A stretch of 63,728 bases of DNA, filler included, from Octopus bimaculoides (lineage: Eukaryota), in the NCBI RefSeq assembly GCF_001194135.2. It is 7 parts of 7 records of this genome, joined end to end, with 100 filler letters (N's around TTAATTAATTAA, not from the genome) between each part and the next. Parts side by side here need not be neighbours in the genome. Positions count along the whole stretch, not along the records: positions 32,234 to 52,523 come from NC_068987.1; 6 more parts are not named here. One strand, given 5' to 3'. The translations under genes and the position numbers were made by a program. A model generated the notes under the pieces. That model made no database searches, was not told the origin of the DNA, and saw nothing but the letters and a program-made list of their open reading frames with translations. Position 1 is the first letter of the stretch. Each line of letters begins with the position of its first letter. Shown here piece by piece: positions 39,567-51,208 of this stretch.

Positions 39567-40979
39567 GTTTAGATGAAGTATTAAAATATATTTTAAACTT
39601 TCACTAAAAGTAATTCAATTTAATTCGATATTTTAACCATTTACATTCCACAATACAGTATTCATTTATGTGTATTTAGGCATGAGAAAGAAGCATGCCA
39701 AGAACTGATCAGAACATTATATATNNNNNNNNNNNNNNNNNNNNNNNNNNNNNNNNNNNNNNNNNNNNNNNNNNNNNNNNNNNNNNNNNNNNNNNNNNNN
39801 NNNNNNNNNNNNNNNNNNNNNNNNNNNNNNNNNNNNNNNNNNNNNNNNNNNNNNNNNNNNNNNNNNNNNNNNNNNNNNNNNNNNNNNNNNNNNNNNNNNN
39901 NNNNNNNNNNNNNNNNNNNNNNNNNNNNNNNNNNNNNNNNNNNNNNNNNNNNNNNNNNNNNNNNNNNNNNNNNNNNNNNNNNNNNNNNNNNNNNNNNNNN
40001 NNNNNNNNNNNNNNNNNNNNNNNNNNNNNNNNNNNNNNNNNNNNNNNNNNNNNNNNNNNNNNNNNNNNNNNNNNNNNNNNNNNNNNNNNNNNNNNNNNNN
40101 NNNNNNNNNNNNNNNNNNNNNNNNNNNNNNNNNNNNNNNNNNNNNNNNNNNNNNNNNNNNNNNNNNNNNNNNNNNNNNNNNNNNNNNNNNNNNNNNNNNN
40201 NNNNNNNNNNNNNNNNNNNNNNNNNNNNNNNNNNNNNNNNNNNNNNNNNNNNNNNNNNNNNNNNNNNNNNNNNNNNNNNNNNNNNNNNNNNNNNNNNNNN
40301 NNNNNNNCATCGACTTGGAAAATTCAATTGCCCTTTTGAAAAATTGATTCCAGTACCCCTAAAAAGATCGAGATGTCTCACTTAAAATAAAGATTCAGCT
40401 TGAAATAATGAGTGCTTTCAAAAGGCTCTCGGCTTCATAAAAAAGAAAAGAATAGGTAAGTATAACACTAAACCCCACTTTAACACAAAAGCCTGCTTTT
40501 TCATGCCCATTGCTGAGGGGGTGCACTGGATGGCACTAACTTCTTACTATTAAATGTTGCACCCTAAGATTTAGAAAATTCAGTTTACAAAAAATCTTCC
40601 TGCAATACAAATTAGTCCCCACCCAGAATATTCTGAAGCACCCACAAGCACCAAAGTCTGGCAAGAGGCCAGTGCTCCTTACTACTTGTAGAAATTGAAC
40701 ACATAGGTGAATCTTATTGTCCATAGCAGAATGAATGGAGACAGTGACACACAAGAGCCATAATGTAATCTGAGTAACCACATTTGCTAGATTAAACACG
40801 GTCTCTTACTTCATATGAGGGTCTATCAGCTACCATGATTTAGCTTTATTTTTATTAATGTCAAGCAAAATAAATATTCAATATATTAAAAGCTAATCAT
40901 ATTCAATCGAGAAAAAATTTTGAATACACATTATCTTACTCCACCTCTACCCTGCCAAAATCTTTTATTCCTTACTTAC

Positions 40980-41071
40980 TACAGGCATCGTGTGCAGCCA
41001 TAAATAGACCAGCATATCTTTGTAATTTGCAGTGAGACAGGATAAGGCACTTTTCAATATCATGGTAGACC
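40980..41071 (-). CDS. Cysteine-rich secreted protein, copy L, exon 3 (domain 1, second half)
   Basis: ttttctgtcttgtttcag|G GTC TAC...GCC TGT A|gtaagt. The 92-nt exon runs from phase 2 to phase 1, giving VYHDIEKCLILSHCKLQRYAGLFMAAHDAC. Confidence 0.85.
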
Positions 41072-41179
41072 CTGAAACAAGACAGAAAAAAACAATATAA
41101 CATACATACATACATGTGTGTGTGTGTGTGTGTGTTAACTGAACCTGATAAGCTAGCTTTCTGTAAGATGGCCATGAAT

Positions 41180-41690
41180 CTTTAAGTTGCATAGGGCTGT
41201 TCAGATTTGCTTATCAGTTGCTTGACCTTAACCATTTGAGTATGTCCCTGAATGGCTGATGATTTGTGCATCTCTGATCATGAGCAAGAGTAGTGAAGGA
41301 GCATCATAGCCATGTGTTGAGAGGAATTCTTTGGGGTTTGTATAATTCACCCCTGGAAACATGGGTGTTTCGTTCATCGATAGAGCCAATTATTGTTGGT
41401 TCCTTGGGAACAGTATCAGAAGGCATCAAGAAGAATATAAAATTAATTGGAATAGAGTGCCCAGTAGAAATGTTACAAAAAGTTTGCCTCCTTGGCACAG
41501 CCAGAATAATCAGGAAAGAATTAGATTGCTGAAAAGAACAAATAGCATGGTACTGTAGGCTGCAATTAGTAAGCCTGTTATGCATGCAAGACTCCAGGAG
41601 CTCCAACAAAACATGTGATAAAGAGAAAATAATAATGATAATAATATTAATGATAATAATAATAATAATAATAATGATAATAATAATCCT
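41180..41690 (+). mobile_element. 3' end of an RLE-type (R4/Dong-like) non-LTR element with (TAA)n tail; paralogous copy at 49070-49345 (-)
   Basis: PIIVGSLGTV...LQKVCLLGTARIIRK resembles the C-terminus of restriction-like-endonuclease non-LTR ORFs. A TAA-rich tail follows. Confidence 0.65.
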
Positions 41691-41759
41691 TTCTTTATTA
41701 GCCACTAGAACCCACAAAAATAGAAAGTGAGCTCTTCTGTCGTAAGAAGATGCAAGACC

Positions 41760-42340
41760 TCATACCACTTGAACAACTTGAAATAAACTCCAGGAACTTG
41801 AGGTATCAAATTGATGCCACACCCAACATATAGTCTGGACCTAGCTCCCTCAGATTATTACTTGTACCAACTCATGGCTCACTTCCAGCTCTCACAATGC
41901 TTTATCAACAATGAGGTTCTTTACTCTACTATTCTCATCCACATGCATCACATGGCTACACCAGGGCAGTCTTCTCTCTTGCACGCCACATCTAATTCCA
42001 CTTATAACCACTTTTTCTCTCAAGAAGCTTTGACTTTGTCATTCGTGCACACTAATGTTGCACATCCTGGAAAGCATATTAGCTTCATTTCTTTCAAGCC
42101 TTCACATGTCCTCTGCAGCTACAGCCCTGTTTCACTGCCATGTAGAATGGCTGTTCACACATAGGCATCATACTATCTGCTTTTCAGTCTGAGGAAGTGG
42201 CTCTTTTTTTCCAACAAAGGTAGAAGTTATCTGAACTTTACTCAGCCTATTCCTATTCTAGCAGCTAAGATCTCAGAACATCCACCTCCACTGCTGACTT
42301 GGTCATCTAGGTAATGGAAGTTGTCCCCTATACTAATTTT
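41760..42340. mobile_element. Mariner scrap (+) joined to an RTE 3' fragment (-)
   Basis: MPHPTYSLDLAPSDYYL, followed by sequence homologous to positions 60-430. Confidence 0.7.
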
Positions 42341-42866
42341 GGTTCAAATTGAAAGTGTGAAACTATTTTCACTTTCTAATGAAACCTCATCATTGTAGAG
42401 CAGTGTATTTCAAATAACTATAGCTGGTTGTTGAGATAACATAGAAAATATGTAGATGAAAATAAAGTTTATGTGGTAGGCAGAAGATTACTGAATCTCT
42501 TAATACCCTATGTGTCATAATCAGCAACTTAGTTTTCGAATGCATATGGAACATACATGCACACACACACACACACACACACATTCTCTTTTATACATAT
42601 ATATATCTTCATACAACCATATATTTATATATGCTTATATATATTGCATGCATTCTGTAAATACAGACTGTAAATAGAACACTGGAAATATTAAAACTTT
42701 TCTTAAATCCAACAAGTAATTTTTATGTTTTTCATGACTGAATTCCATCGATGGAATTTTGCATCTCTAGTCACAAATCAGCCCCTTCTTTATAAAAGGA
42801 ATTCAAAGAATTGTATAAGAGAGGGAACATAAATAATACCTGCGAATGCTTTTAAGATATTCTTAC

Positions 42867-42969
42867 CTACATATCTTCTCTTTACTATCCTTGGCTTCTG
42901 ACAAGTGTCTAAATTTCGACAGGCATTTCCCTTCTTGTCTACGAGAACACAAGGTGGATGCTTGGGCAG
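42867..42969 (-). CDS. Cysteine-rich secreted protein, copy L, exon 2 (signal cleavage site and domain 1, first half)
   Basis: ttcctttgaacactaatgattctgtag|CT GCC CAA...ATA TGT AG|gtaaga. The 103-nt exon runs from phase 1 to phase 2, giving AQASTLCSRRQEGKCLSKFRHLSEAKDSKEKIC. Confidence 0.8.
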
Positions 42970-43426
42970 CTACAGAATCATTAGTGTTCAAAGGAAGAAA
43001 ATTCAATAAGTGGTTGAAGAATTTGATTCAAATTGGTAGGTAATATATAAAGACAACAAAAAAGAAATCACATCAAAATTCCAATTGCAAGCTGTATTTG
43101 ATTCTTCTGTTTCACCATTGTAAATATGGTATTCTGCACATGAATATGTAGTTAAGTTTGGAAATATATTGTTATGTTATATTATATTATATAAGGCGCA
43201 GGCATGGCTGTGTGGTAAGAAGTTTACTTCCCAACCACATGGTTCCAGGTTCAGTCCCACTGTTTGGCACTTTGAGCAAGTTTCCTATAGTATATCCTCA
43301 GGCCAATTAAAACTTTATGAGTGGATTTGGCAGACAGAAACTGAAAGAAGCCTATCATATATACATAATTAAGATTCAGTTGATGTAAGTACTTTAATCG
43401 AGGCACCAAGCCAGATTGGTATAGTC

Positions 43427-43859
43427 TGTAGGGAAGTGGGCATACACCATTCTGCGTATCCCAATTCTTCAAGGAAGAAAACAGAACGCAGACTCTAAAC
43501 TAAAACAGCATAACAAATATTTATTACAGTAGAATTCTGCTCACACTGGGAGGGAATTCGATAGAATGTCGCCTTTTGGTTAGATGAGCCGCCATCAGTG
43601 AAGCTGCGTGGTTTGAAGTCTTTCCTCCTCTCTAGTTAACTATGTGGACTCATTGTAGAGTTGATGGAGAGCTGCTGTCGAGACGTCTAGCTTCCACGAA
43701 GTTCAGCAAGCAAAAGAGGCAGAGAGATGTGGGAACGCTTGAATGTTGGATGACCACGCATGCACATGAGGGACTTCCTGCATTCATTCCGGAAGACTAG
43801 TCCCTGCGCATGCGTGGATAAACTCTCCAAAATGGCGACTGGTATCAAATGCCACTATA
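43427..43859 (-). mobile_element. 3' LTR of the Ty3/Gypsy element
   Basis: On the minus strand the PPT GAGGGGGAGCC (43861-43871) precedes TATAG...CTACA termini, with an internal AATAAA near 43520. Confidence 0.7.
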
Positions 43860-44222
43860 TGGCTCCCCCTCGAGTGCAGAAGCACGAAAATGGAAAAATT
43901 GGAGTGGCGCCTGAGGCAAGATGTCTATCGAAACCACCCACAAGATGTGGCACAAATATATATAAAGAAAAATCGAAGAAATGATGTACAATAGTGAAAT
44001 ACATGCATGCAATGTACAAAAAGAATTGAGGAAAAAGGTATGCAAGGAATTGGGCAGTAAGTGCCAACTAGTGGAAAACTGAAATAGACAATGACAAAAC
44101 AACTGTGATGACAACTGTCCAGGAAAACTGGAATCACGTGATGTAAAAGTCTGATTTCTTTTTTTGAAAAGAAAAATGTTCAATAAAAAAACATTGAAAT
44201 TGTCCAATGAAGTTCAATAAAG

Positions 44223-46870
44223 TTAAATGTAAATAGTGTTTGCCAGTTTCTTTGGCCAGTGTACAGTTCGGCCAGACCTAGTAACATAGTATTTGTTCAA
44301 GGCAGGTTGCGACGACGAAGGTGGTGTTGTCCAAGGTGTATGTGTTGGTGATGGTGTTGGCAAAGGTGTGTGTAATGGGTCAAATGCGAGCATAACAGTG
44401 GTGTCAACGAAAGATGTAGGACCTTCAGCATAAGCTTTCTCTGTACGACCATTAACGTCAATTTTGAATACTTTCAGTGTGCAGGAAAGCACACGAAAGG
44501 GTCCTTTATAAGAAGAAACAAGAGGTCCTTTGGCAGAATCATCTCGAACAAAAACATGCGTCCAAGAGTCAAGATCTGATGGCACTTTAGAAGGTGGAGG
44601 TTGGTGTCGGGGACCCATAGGAGGAAGGGTAGAAGAATAACTGCGTAGTCGAGCGGCATAAGACTCTGGATTGAGAGACTGTGACTTGTCTGGCACCAAC
44701 ATCGCACCAGGCAATGCCAGTGTGGTACCATACAACAGCTCGGCGGAAGAAAAACCTAGGTCTGCTTCAACCGCAGTCCGAGATCCAAGCAGGACAATAG
44801 GAAGAAATTCAGTCCACGGCTGTGGATTCGGCGAGGCACGCAACGCGGCCTTAAGTTGCCTGTGGAATCGCTCCACCATCCCATTAGAAGCGGGATGGTA
44901 ACTAGTGGTGCGTATATGATTCACTCCCAGGATTCGTGATAACTCACGAAATAAAGTAGCTTCAAATTGTCGACCACGATCTGTGGTTAGGCTGGACGGT
45001 ACACCGAACCGAGAAATCCAGCCAGACACGAAGGCTTTTGCGACAGATCCAGCAGAAATGTCTGCTATAGGAATGGCTTCTGGCCAACGGGAGAACCGAT
45101 CGACACAAGTTAAAATATACGAGAAACCGCAACTCACAGGCCATGGTCCAACCAGATCAAGGTGGACATGGCGAAAACGGGCCTCAGGAGAAGAAAACTG
45201 TCCAAGTGGAGCACGAACGTGTCTATGGACTTTAACACGCTGGCACTTCATGCAAGAGCGTGCCCAAGAGGTAATCGATCGCCGCATATTGGGCCAGAAG
45301 AACCGAGCAGTAACAAGCTTTACGGCGGCAGAGATGCTCGGATGTGACAATGAATGAAGGGCATCAAAAACAGAACGTTGATGGTTCTCAGGTACTAACG
45401 GCCTTGGAGAACCGGTGGAGATGTCACATAGAATAGAGCCTTCAGCTGAAGGGAGCGGAAGATAGGCAAACTTACAAGAAATAAACTTGGGTGAAGTTAA
45501 ATCCAACTTCGATAAAGGTGGTTGATCCTGCGAAATAGCAATTAAGTCAATTGCTGCAGGAGAGGAAATGGAATTGACAGGGAGCCTAGAGAGAGCATCA
45601 GCTGGGACGTTTTCCATCGCTGGCACATGTCGAATGTCACCTGTAAACTGAGAAATATAGTCCAGGTGACGGAAAGCACGAGGGGAGAGTTTGTCTGTTT
45701 TAGAAGATAGGGCAAACGTAAGGGGCTTGTGATCAGTATAAATCACAAACTCCCGTCCCTCGAACTGGTGCTGAAAATGACGAACCGACAGAGAGATCGC
45801 TAATAGTTCACGATCAAAAGTACTATATCTGCGTTCGGCAGGCTGCAATTGGCAAGAAAAGAAAGCCAAAGGTTTCGTTTGATTATCTACGGTGTAGTGC
45901 AAAACAGAACCAACCGCAGAATCTGATGCATCCACAGATAAAGAAAGCGGAGCATCAGGAGCCGGATGTTTCCTGTTTCACTGACTCAAAGGCAGACAAT
46001 GCCACAGCTGAAAAAGTAAGATGGGCATCTTTTTTAGAATTGCCCTTCTGCAGCTACGTTAAAGGATCAGCTTGTCCGCACACCGGTTTATAAAGCGTCG
46101 ATGAAAATTAACCATACACAAAAAATGGCGCAGCTGACGCAAAGAAGTTGGAGGCGCGATGCGCTGAATGGCATCGAACTTAGCAGGAAGAAGTTTGATC
46201 CCGTTAGAATCAATATAGTGACCCAGGAATTCCAGGGAGGACTGCCTGAAAACACACTTATCATGGTTTATCTTTACATTATAGGCGCAGAGTCGCTGAA
46301 AAAGTTGCGACAAATGGTGGCGATGATTCTCTTGTGTATCACTAGCGATAAGTAAATCATCAACAGAAGCGAAGACAAAATCAAGCCCACGAACAACTTC
46401 ATCTATAAATCTTTGGAAATCTTTTGTAGCATTCCGCAGACCGAAACCCACAAAAAGAAATTCAAAACAGCCAAAAGGAGTAGTAATAGCTGTTTTTGGA
46501 ACGTCCTCCGGATTAACTGGAATCTGATGATATTCACGAATCAGATCAATTTTAGAAAAAATGGTACAACCATGTAGATTAGCTGAAAAATCCTGCAGAT
46601 TCCTAATGAGATAGCGGTCAGGCACTGTTACAGTATTAAGACGCCGATAGGCCCCCACCGGGCGAAAATCAGAATTCCCTTTTCGCGCCAAATGAAGGGG
46701 AGATGCCCATGAGCTGGTGGAGTGGAGTATCAGGCCGAGTTGAAGCATGTGTTCAACTCGGCCCTAGCCGTCTTGAGACAGTCAGATGCCAGACGCCGTG
46801 GGCGCGAAAAAACAGGCGACCCAATAGTTGCGATAAAATGGAGGGTGGAATGAATGGGCTTTGCCAGCCT
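44223..46870 (-). mobile_element. Ty3/Gypsy pol (RT, RNase H, integrase); 5'-truncated and defective
   Basis: RT motifs WASPLH, FSKIDL..EYHQI and SVDD (the YxDD tyrosine is lost). RNase H motifs [15 protein letters not shown] and TDHKPL. Integrase motifs HHCC, HLDLVGP, TDRGRQF and GMVERFH. There is a frameshift between RT and RH, and no gag or 5' LTR. Confidence 0.97.
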
Positions 46871-46895
46871 AAAAGTTATATCCACCAGCTGCATG

Positions 46896-47215
46896 TATGT
46901 GATCGTAATTTCTATATAATTGTAAATATTATGTTATTTGCAGTATTAAGTTTTTCTCACCAGTTTCTGTAGCATTAAGTCATGTTTGGGATCAATGTAA
47001 TCTTTGTTTCTCTATATGGTAAGACGAGACGATCACAATCAGAATCTATCAACCTGCCAGGTTCTATGACATAAATTTACTGTTTTAAAGTTATCTAAAT
47101 TATAATCTACCGTCAAAATTCTATGCTAATTTGTTCCAGACACCAGCTTAATAATGAGAAGGTTATTTTATTAAATTTTTCATTATCTTAAAAATTTATT
47201 GAAACAAAGGTAGCA
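46896..47215 (+). repeat. Direct duplicate of 34329-34690 (exon-like 75-bp segment plus MITE)
   Basis: Colinear, highly similar sequence from tgatcgtaatt to gaaacaaagg. Confidence 0.9.
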
Positions 47216-47938
47216 TTCCAGCCATGATCATCATCTTTTTTCTAGTATATCTAGGAATACTTTATGGAGAGCATATTCATCCATTTTCAAGGCAGTGAAA
47301 CTGAAAGGCAGGTCGAATTATATGTAAACGAGAGACGTGCAGCAAACTATTACACTCTCATATACAATCGATTACTGCATGCAGGGAGAGTGTAGTATGG
47401 AACATAAAATATATGGAAGCATTATATAACTGGAAGAGATTTGTCAGCCGTACTTAGTCAGGCTGCTGAGGATTGACTGCAGGGGACGAATGAGCAATCG
47501 CTCCTGGGATGCAGGTCTAAAGGGGTGCAACATTGCCTCTTGCTGGCTTATCTATCAGTTGAGATGAGAAAGCCAAAATTGCCGTTGCCTCCTAGCTATG
47601 CGACTGTTTGTCATAAATCTATTCAATTACACCTAGATTAAATCGAAAGAATACTGAACAATCCCCTAAAGGACGAACCGTTCGCACCTTGTCACAGGCC
47701 GTACACTGTGACACCGATCAAGGCAGCGTTAATGAACGACTCCGTCACCCAGCACTATATCACACATATATATTTATTTATCTATGTAAGCATCGGCAGC
47801 TGATAAAATTAAGTAGTAGACTGATATATATATATCGGAGTTGATACGATCGAATAAAACCTTCCAATGTGGGGTTCCAGCATGACCGCAGTCCAATGAA
47901 TGAAATCATTAAAGGAGTAAAATAATGAATGAACTTAC

Positions 47939-47990
47939 CCGCTACAAAAACGGCAACAACTATGAATAGTTTCAGCATACTGAAGTACAT
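47939..47990 (-). CDS. Cysteine-rich secreted protein, copy L, exon 1 (signal peptide)
   Basis: ATG TAC TTC...GTA GCG G|gtaagt gives MYFSMLKLFIVVAVFVA. The phase 1 donor matches the phase 1 acceptor of exon 2, producing ...FVAAAQA-STLC. Linkage across the Gypsy-containing intron is inferred. Confidence 0.7.
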
Positions 47991-48768
47991 AAGTTTTTCA
48001 CAAGGCAAAAGGAATTCAATCTCTCTTTGAAGAGAAGAAAGTAAGTGATGGTGTCATACTTAGATGATCGTATATATATATATATAGAGAGAGAGAGATT
48101 GATGAAAATTGTTTGTTCAATAAATGCATTTTAAAATAAAACCCCAAACAAACTTCACTAAATATTTGTCTGAGGATTAAATTTTATTGATTGTAAATAT
48201 TTACGAATTGCTAATAGGTTTTTCTGTTTGCAATACGTCGCTCAGAGAAACACAATAAGTGAAGTCTTTTCTCTTTCCTTTTTTAAATATTGTGTCTCGA
48301 ATATTATTTAGTATCAACTGATTGGTTGATATTTACACAAGTTTCAGTTTATAAATCAATAGTATACGTNNNNNNNNNNNNNNNNNNNNNNNNNNNNNNN
48401 NNNNNNNNNNNNNNNNNNNNNNNNNNNNNNNNNNNNNNNNNNNNNNNNNNNNNNNNNNNNNNNNNNNNNAGCACTCACAGGTATTATTTATGTTCCCTTT
48501 CTTATACAATTCTTTGAATCCCTTTTATAAAGAAGAGGCTGATGTGTGACTAGAGATGCAAAATTCCATCGATGGAATTCAGTCATGAAAAACATAAAAA
48601 TTTCGTGTTGGATTTAAGAGAAGTTTTAATATTTCTAGTGTTCTATTTACAGTGTGTATTTACAGAATGCATGCAATATATATAAGCATATATGAATATA
48701 TGTTTGTATGAATATATAAATATCTATAAAAGAGAGTTTGTGTGTGTATGTGTGTGTGTGTGTATGTT

Positions 48769-48802
<34 letters not shown>

Positions 48803-49430
48803 TGCACATATTTGTTCCTTATGCATTCGAAAACTAAGTTGCTGATTTTGATATATGGGGTATTAAATGATTCAGTAATCTTCTGCCTACCAAATAAACT
48901 TTATTTTCATCTACATATTTTCTATGTTATCTGAACAACCAGCTATAATTATTTGAAAAACCTTGCTCTACAACGATGAGGTTTCATTAGAAAGTGAAAA
49001 TAGTTTCACACTTTCAATTTGAACCAAAACTATGTAGGGGACTACTTCCATTACTTAGATGTCCAAGTAAGTTATTTGATCTTTTCTGCAATCTAATACT
49101 TTCCAGATTATTCTATCCGTGCCAAGGAGGCAAACTTTTTGTAACAGTTCTACTGGGCACTCTATTCCAATTTCCCTTAAATTCTTCTTGATGCCTTCTG
49201 ATACTGTTCCCAAGGAACCAACAATAATTGGCACTATCTTCACCTTCATTTTCTATAGCCAATCTATTTTGTATTTATCTATCTGTCCACCTTCAAGAAA
49301 TCTGAACAGCCCTATGCAACTTAAAGTTTCATGGCCATCTTAGAGAAAGCTAGCTTATCGGGTTCCGTTAATACACACACACACACACATGTATGTATGT
49401 TATATTGTTTTTTTTTCTGTCTTGTTTAAG

Positions 49431-49522
49431 GGTCTACTTTGATATTGCAAAGTGTCTTGTCCTGTCTCACTGCAAATTACGAAGATATGGTGGTCTATTT
49501 AAGGCCACAAAGGAAGCCTGTG
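49431..49522 (+). CDS. Cysteine-rich protein, copy R, exon equivalent to L exon 3
   Basis: ttttctgtcttgtttaag|G GTC TAC...GCC TGT G|gtaagt gives VYFDIAKCLVLSHCKLRRYGGLFKATKEAC. Confidence 0.85.
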
Positions 49523-50037
49523 GTAAGTAAGGAATAAAAGAGTTTGGCAGGGTGGGTGTGGGGTCAGATTATGTGTATTGCAAAGTTTTTGCCGATTGAA
49601 TATGATTAGCTTTTAATATATTGAGTATTTATTTTGCTTGACATTAATAAAAATAAAGTTAAATCATGGTGACTGATAGACCCTCATATGAAGCAAGAGG
49701 CCGTGTTTAATCTTGCAAATGTGGTTACACAGATTACATTATGGCTCTTGTGTGTCACTGTCTCCATTCATTCTGCTATGGACAATGAGATTCACCTATG
49801 TGTTCAATTTCTACAAGTAGTAAGGAGCACTGGCCTCTTGCCAGACTTTGGTGCCTGGGGGTGCTTCAGAATATTCCCAGTGGGGACTAATTTGTATTGC
49901 AGGAAGATTTTTGTAAACTGAATTTTCTAAATCTAGTGCCATCCAGTACACCACATTAGCAATGGGCATGAGAAAGCAGGCTTTTGTTTTAAAGCGGGGT
50001 TTAGTGTTATACTTACCTATTCTTTTCTGTTTTTCAG

Positions 50038-50122
50038 AGGGTAAATGTGAACTCACTAAGGTGGTAGCATGCAAACTTGAAGTACACAGTGATATGATAA
50101 AGAATAATGGTTCTTACTGCTC
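50038..50122 (+). CDS. Cysteine-rich protein, copy R, exon equivalent to L exon 4
   Basis: tcttttctgtttttcag|AG GGT...TGC TC|gtaagt gives GKCELTKVVACKLEVHSDMIKNNGSYC. Confidence 0.85.
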
Positions 50123-50935
50123 GTAAGTTTATTTAAAATTACTCAGTTTGATGAAGCCTGTCATCTGCTTCTTATATAAGCTTTTATTCACCAAAGCCTT
50201 ACAACTACCTGCTAATTATTAACCTACGTTTTCTTTATCCTCCTCCTCTCCACATCCTTCATCTCTCACTCAGACTCCTTGTCTCTTCTTCTGCCATGGT
50301 AATAAGCCAGTAAGGGAACCTTTATGTGGTCTTTTGACCTTCAAGTAATAGAAGCGAAATATCCTTAAAAATCACATTCTACTGCTTTTATAAAAGGCAA
50401 TGGCACATTGGATATTGTGATTCTAGATATATCCTTTTTGAGAAAATGCTGGAATAATCGTCAATAGAACAGCTTTGGATGCTGGGTACTTGATTAAAGT
50501 TGTATATACAAGCAGACAGATCATATATTGATCTGAACATGTTTTAACATAGCTTCCTAAAACTAATATACATGGATACTTGTGGTAGTAACACTCTGAT
50601 AACAGGATTATTAAATAAATTGAAATTTCAGTTCAGCAGACTAAAAAGGTGTTTGCCATCACAATATGGCTGAAGGGAAAGTGCCACATAACACATCGTA
50701 CTCTTTCAATCTGAGACAGCAGAAATCTTTTAATGTTTTTCTTGAGAACATCACATTTCATGTATCCTTCCTATTTAAGGCAGTAGATTGTGATTTGATA
50801 GAGATCTTGCTGGTATTGAAGTTCTTTCAGTGGGCCAGTGAAATAAAGGTCTCAATGAATAGAGCACAGACTGAGTGCTATATTTATGGGGTAACAGGGT
50901 CTGAAAAATAGATGGGAGGGTCATGGTTGTAATGT

Positions 50936-51208
50936 ATCAGGTTATCCCATAAGTTCTGTCTGAATTTTGAATAAAGAATACAAGAGATCAAATGTTATAT
51001 TTAATTGAAATTTAATCATCAATGTACTTCCCCTGATTATCTATGACTTCCTTCCATCTATTTACAAGCTTTTTAATCCCATCAACGTAAAACTCTCTTG
51101 CTTTCAAAGCGAAGAACTCTGAAATGACAGTTTCAACCTTCTCCTGGCTTGCGAAAATTATGTCCTTCCAAATGATTCTGTAAACTATGAAACAATCTAT
51201 CTTTTAAA
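50936..51208 (-). mobile_element. 3' remnant of the same mariner insertion as 37696-38739
   Basis: Reverse-complement match to about 38490-38741, in the same flanking context. Confidence 0.9.

Noticed and set aside
48071-48086. TATA box for copy L
   Set aside because: The position is plausible (about 80-95 bp upstream of the ATG), but it is a (TA)n microsatellite like dozens of others here.
49688-49921. ORF pair 49688-49921 (+) and 40536-40799 (-), conserved between the arms
   Set aside because: They are intronic in the spliced gene model, have no recognisable motifs or flanking splice signals, and their similarity is explained by the duplication.
50666-50911. ORF pair 50666-50911 (+) and 38765-39001 (-)
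   Set aside because: Same reason. The opposite strand looks like decayed TE coding sequence that I could not assign.
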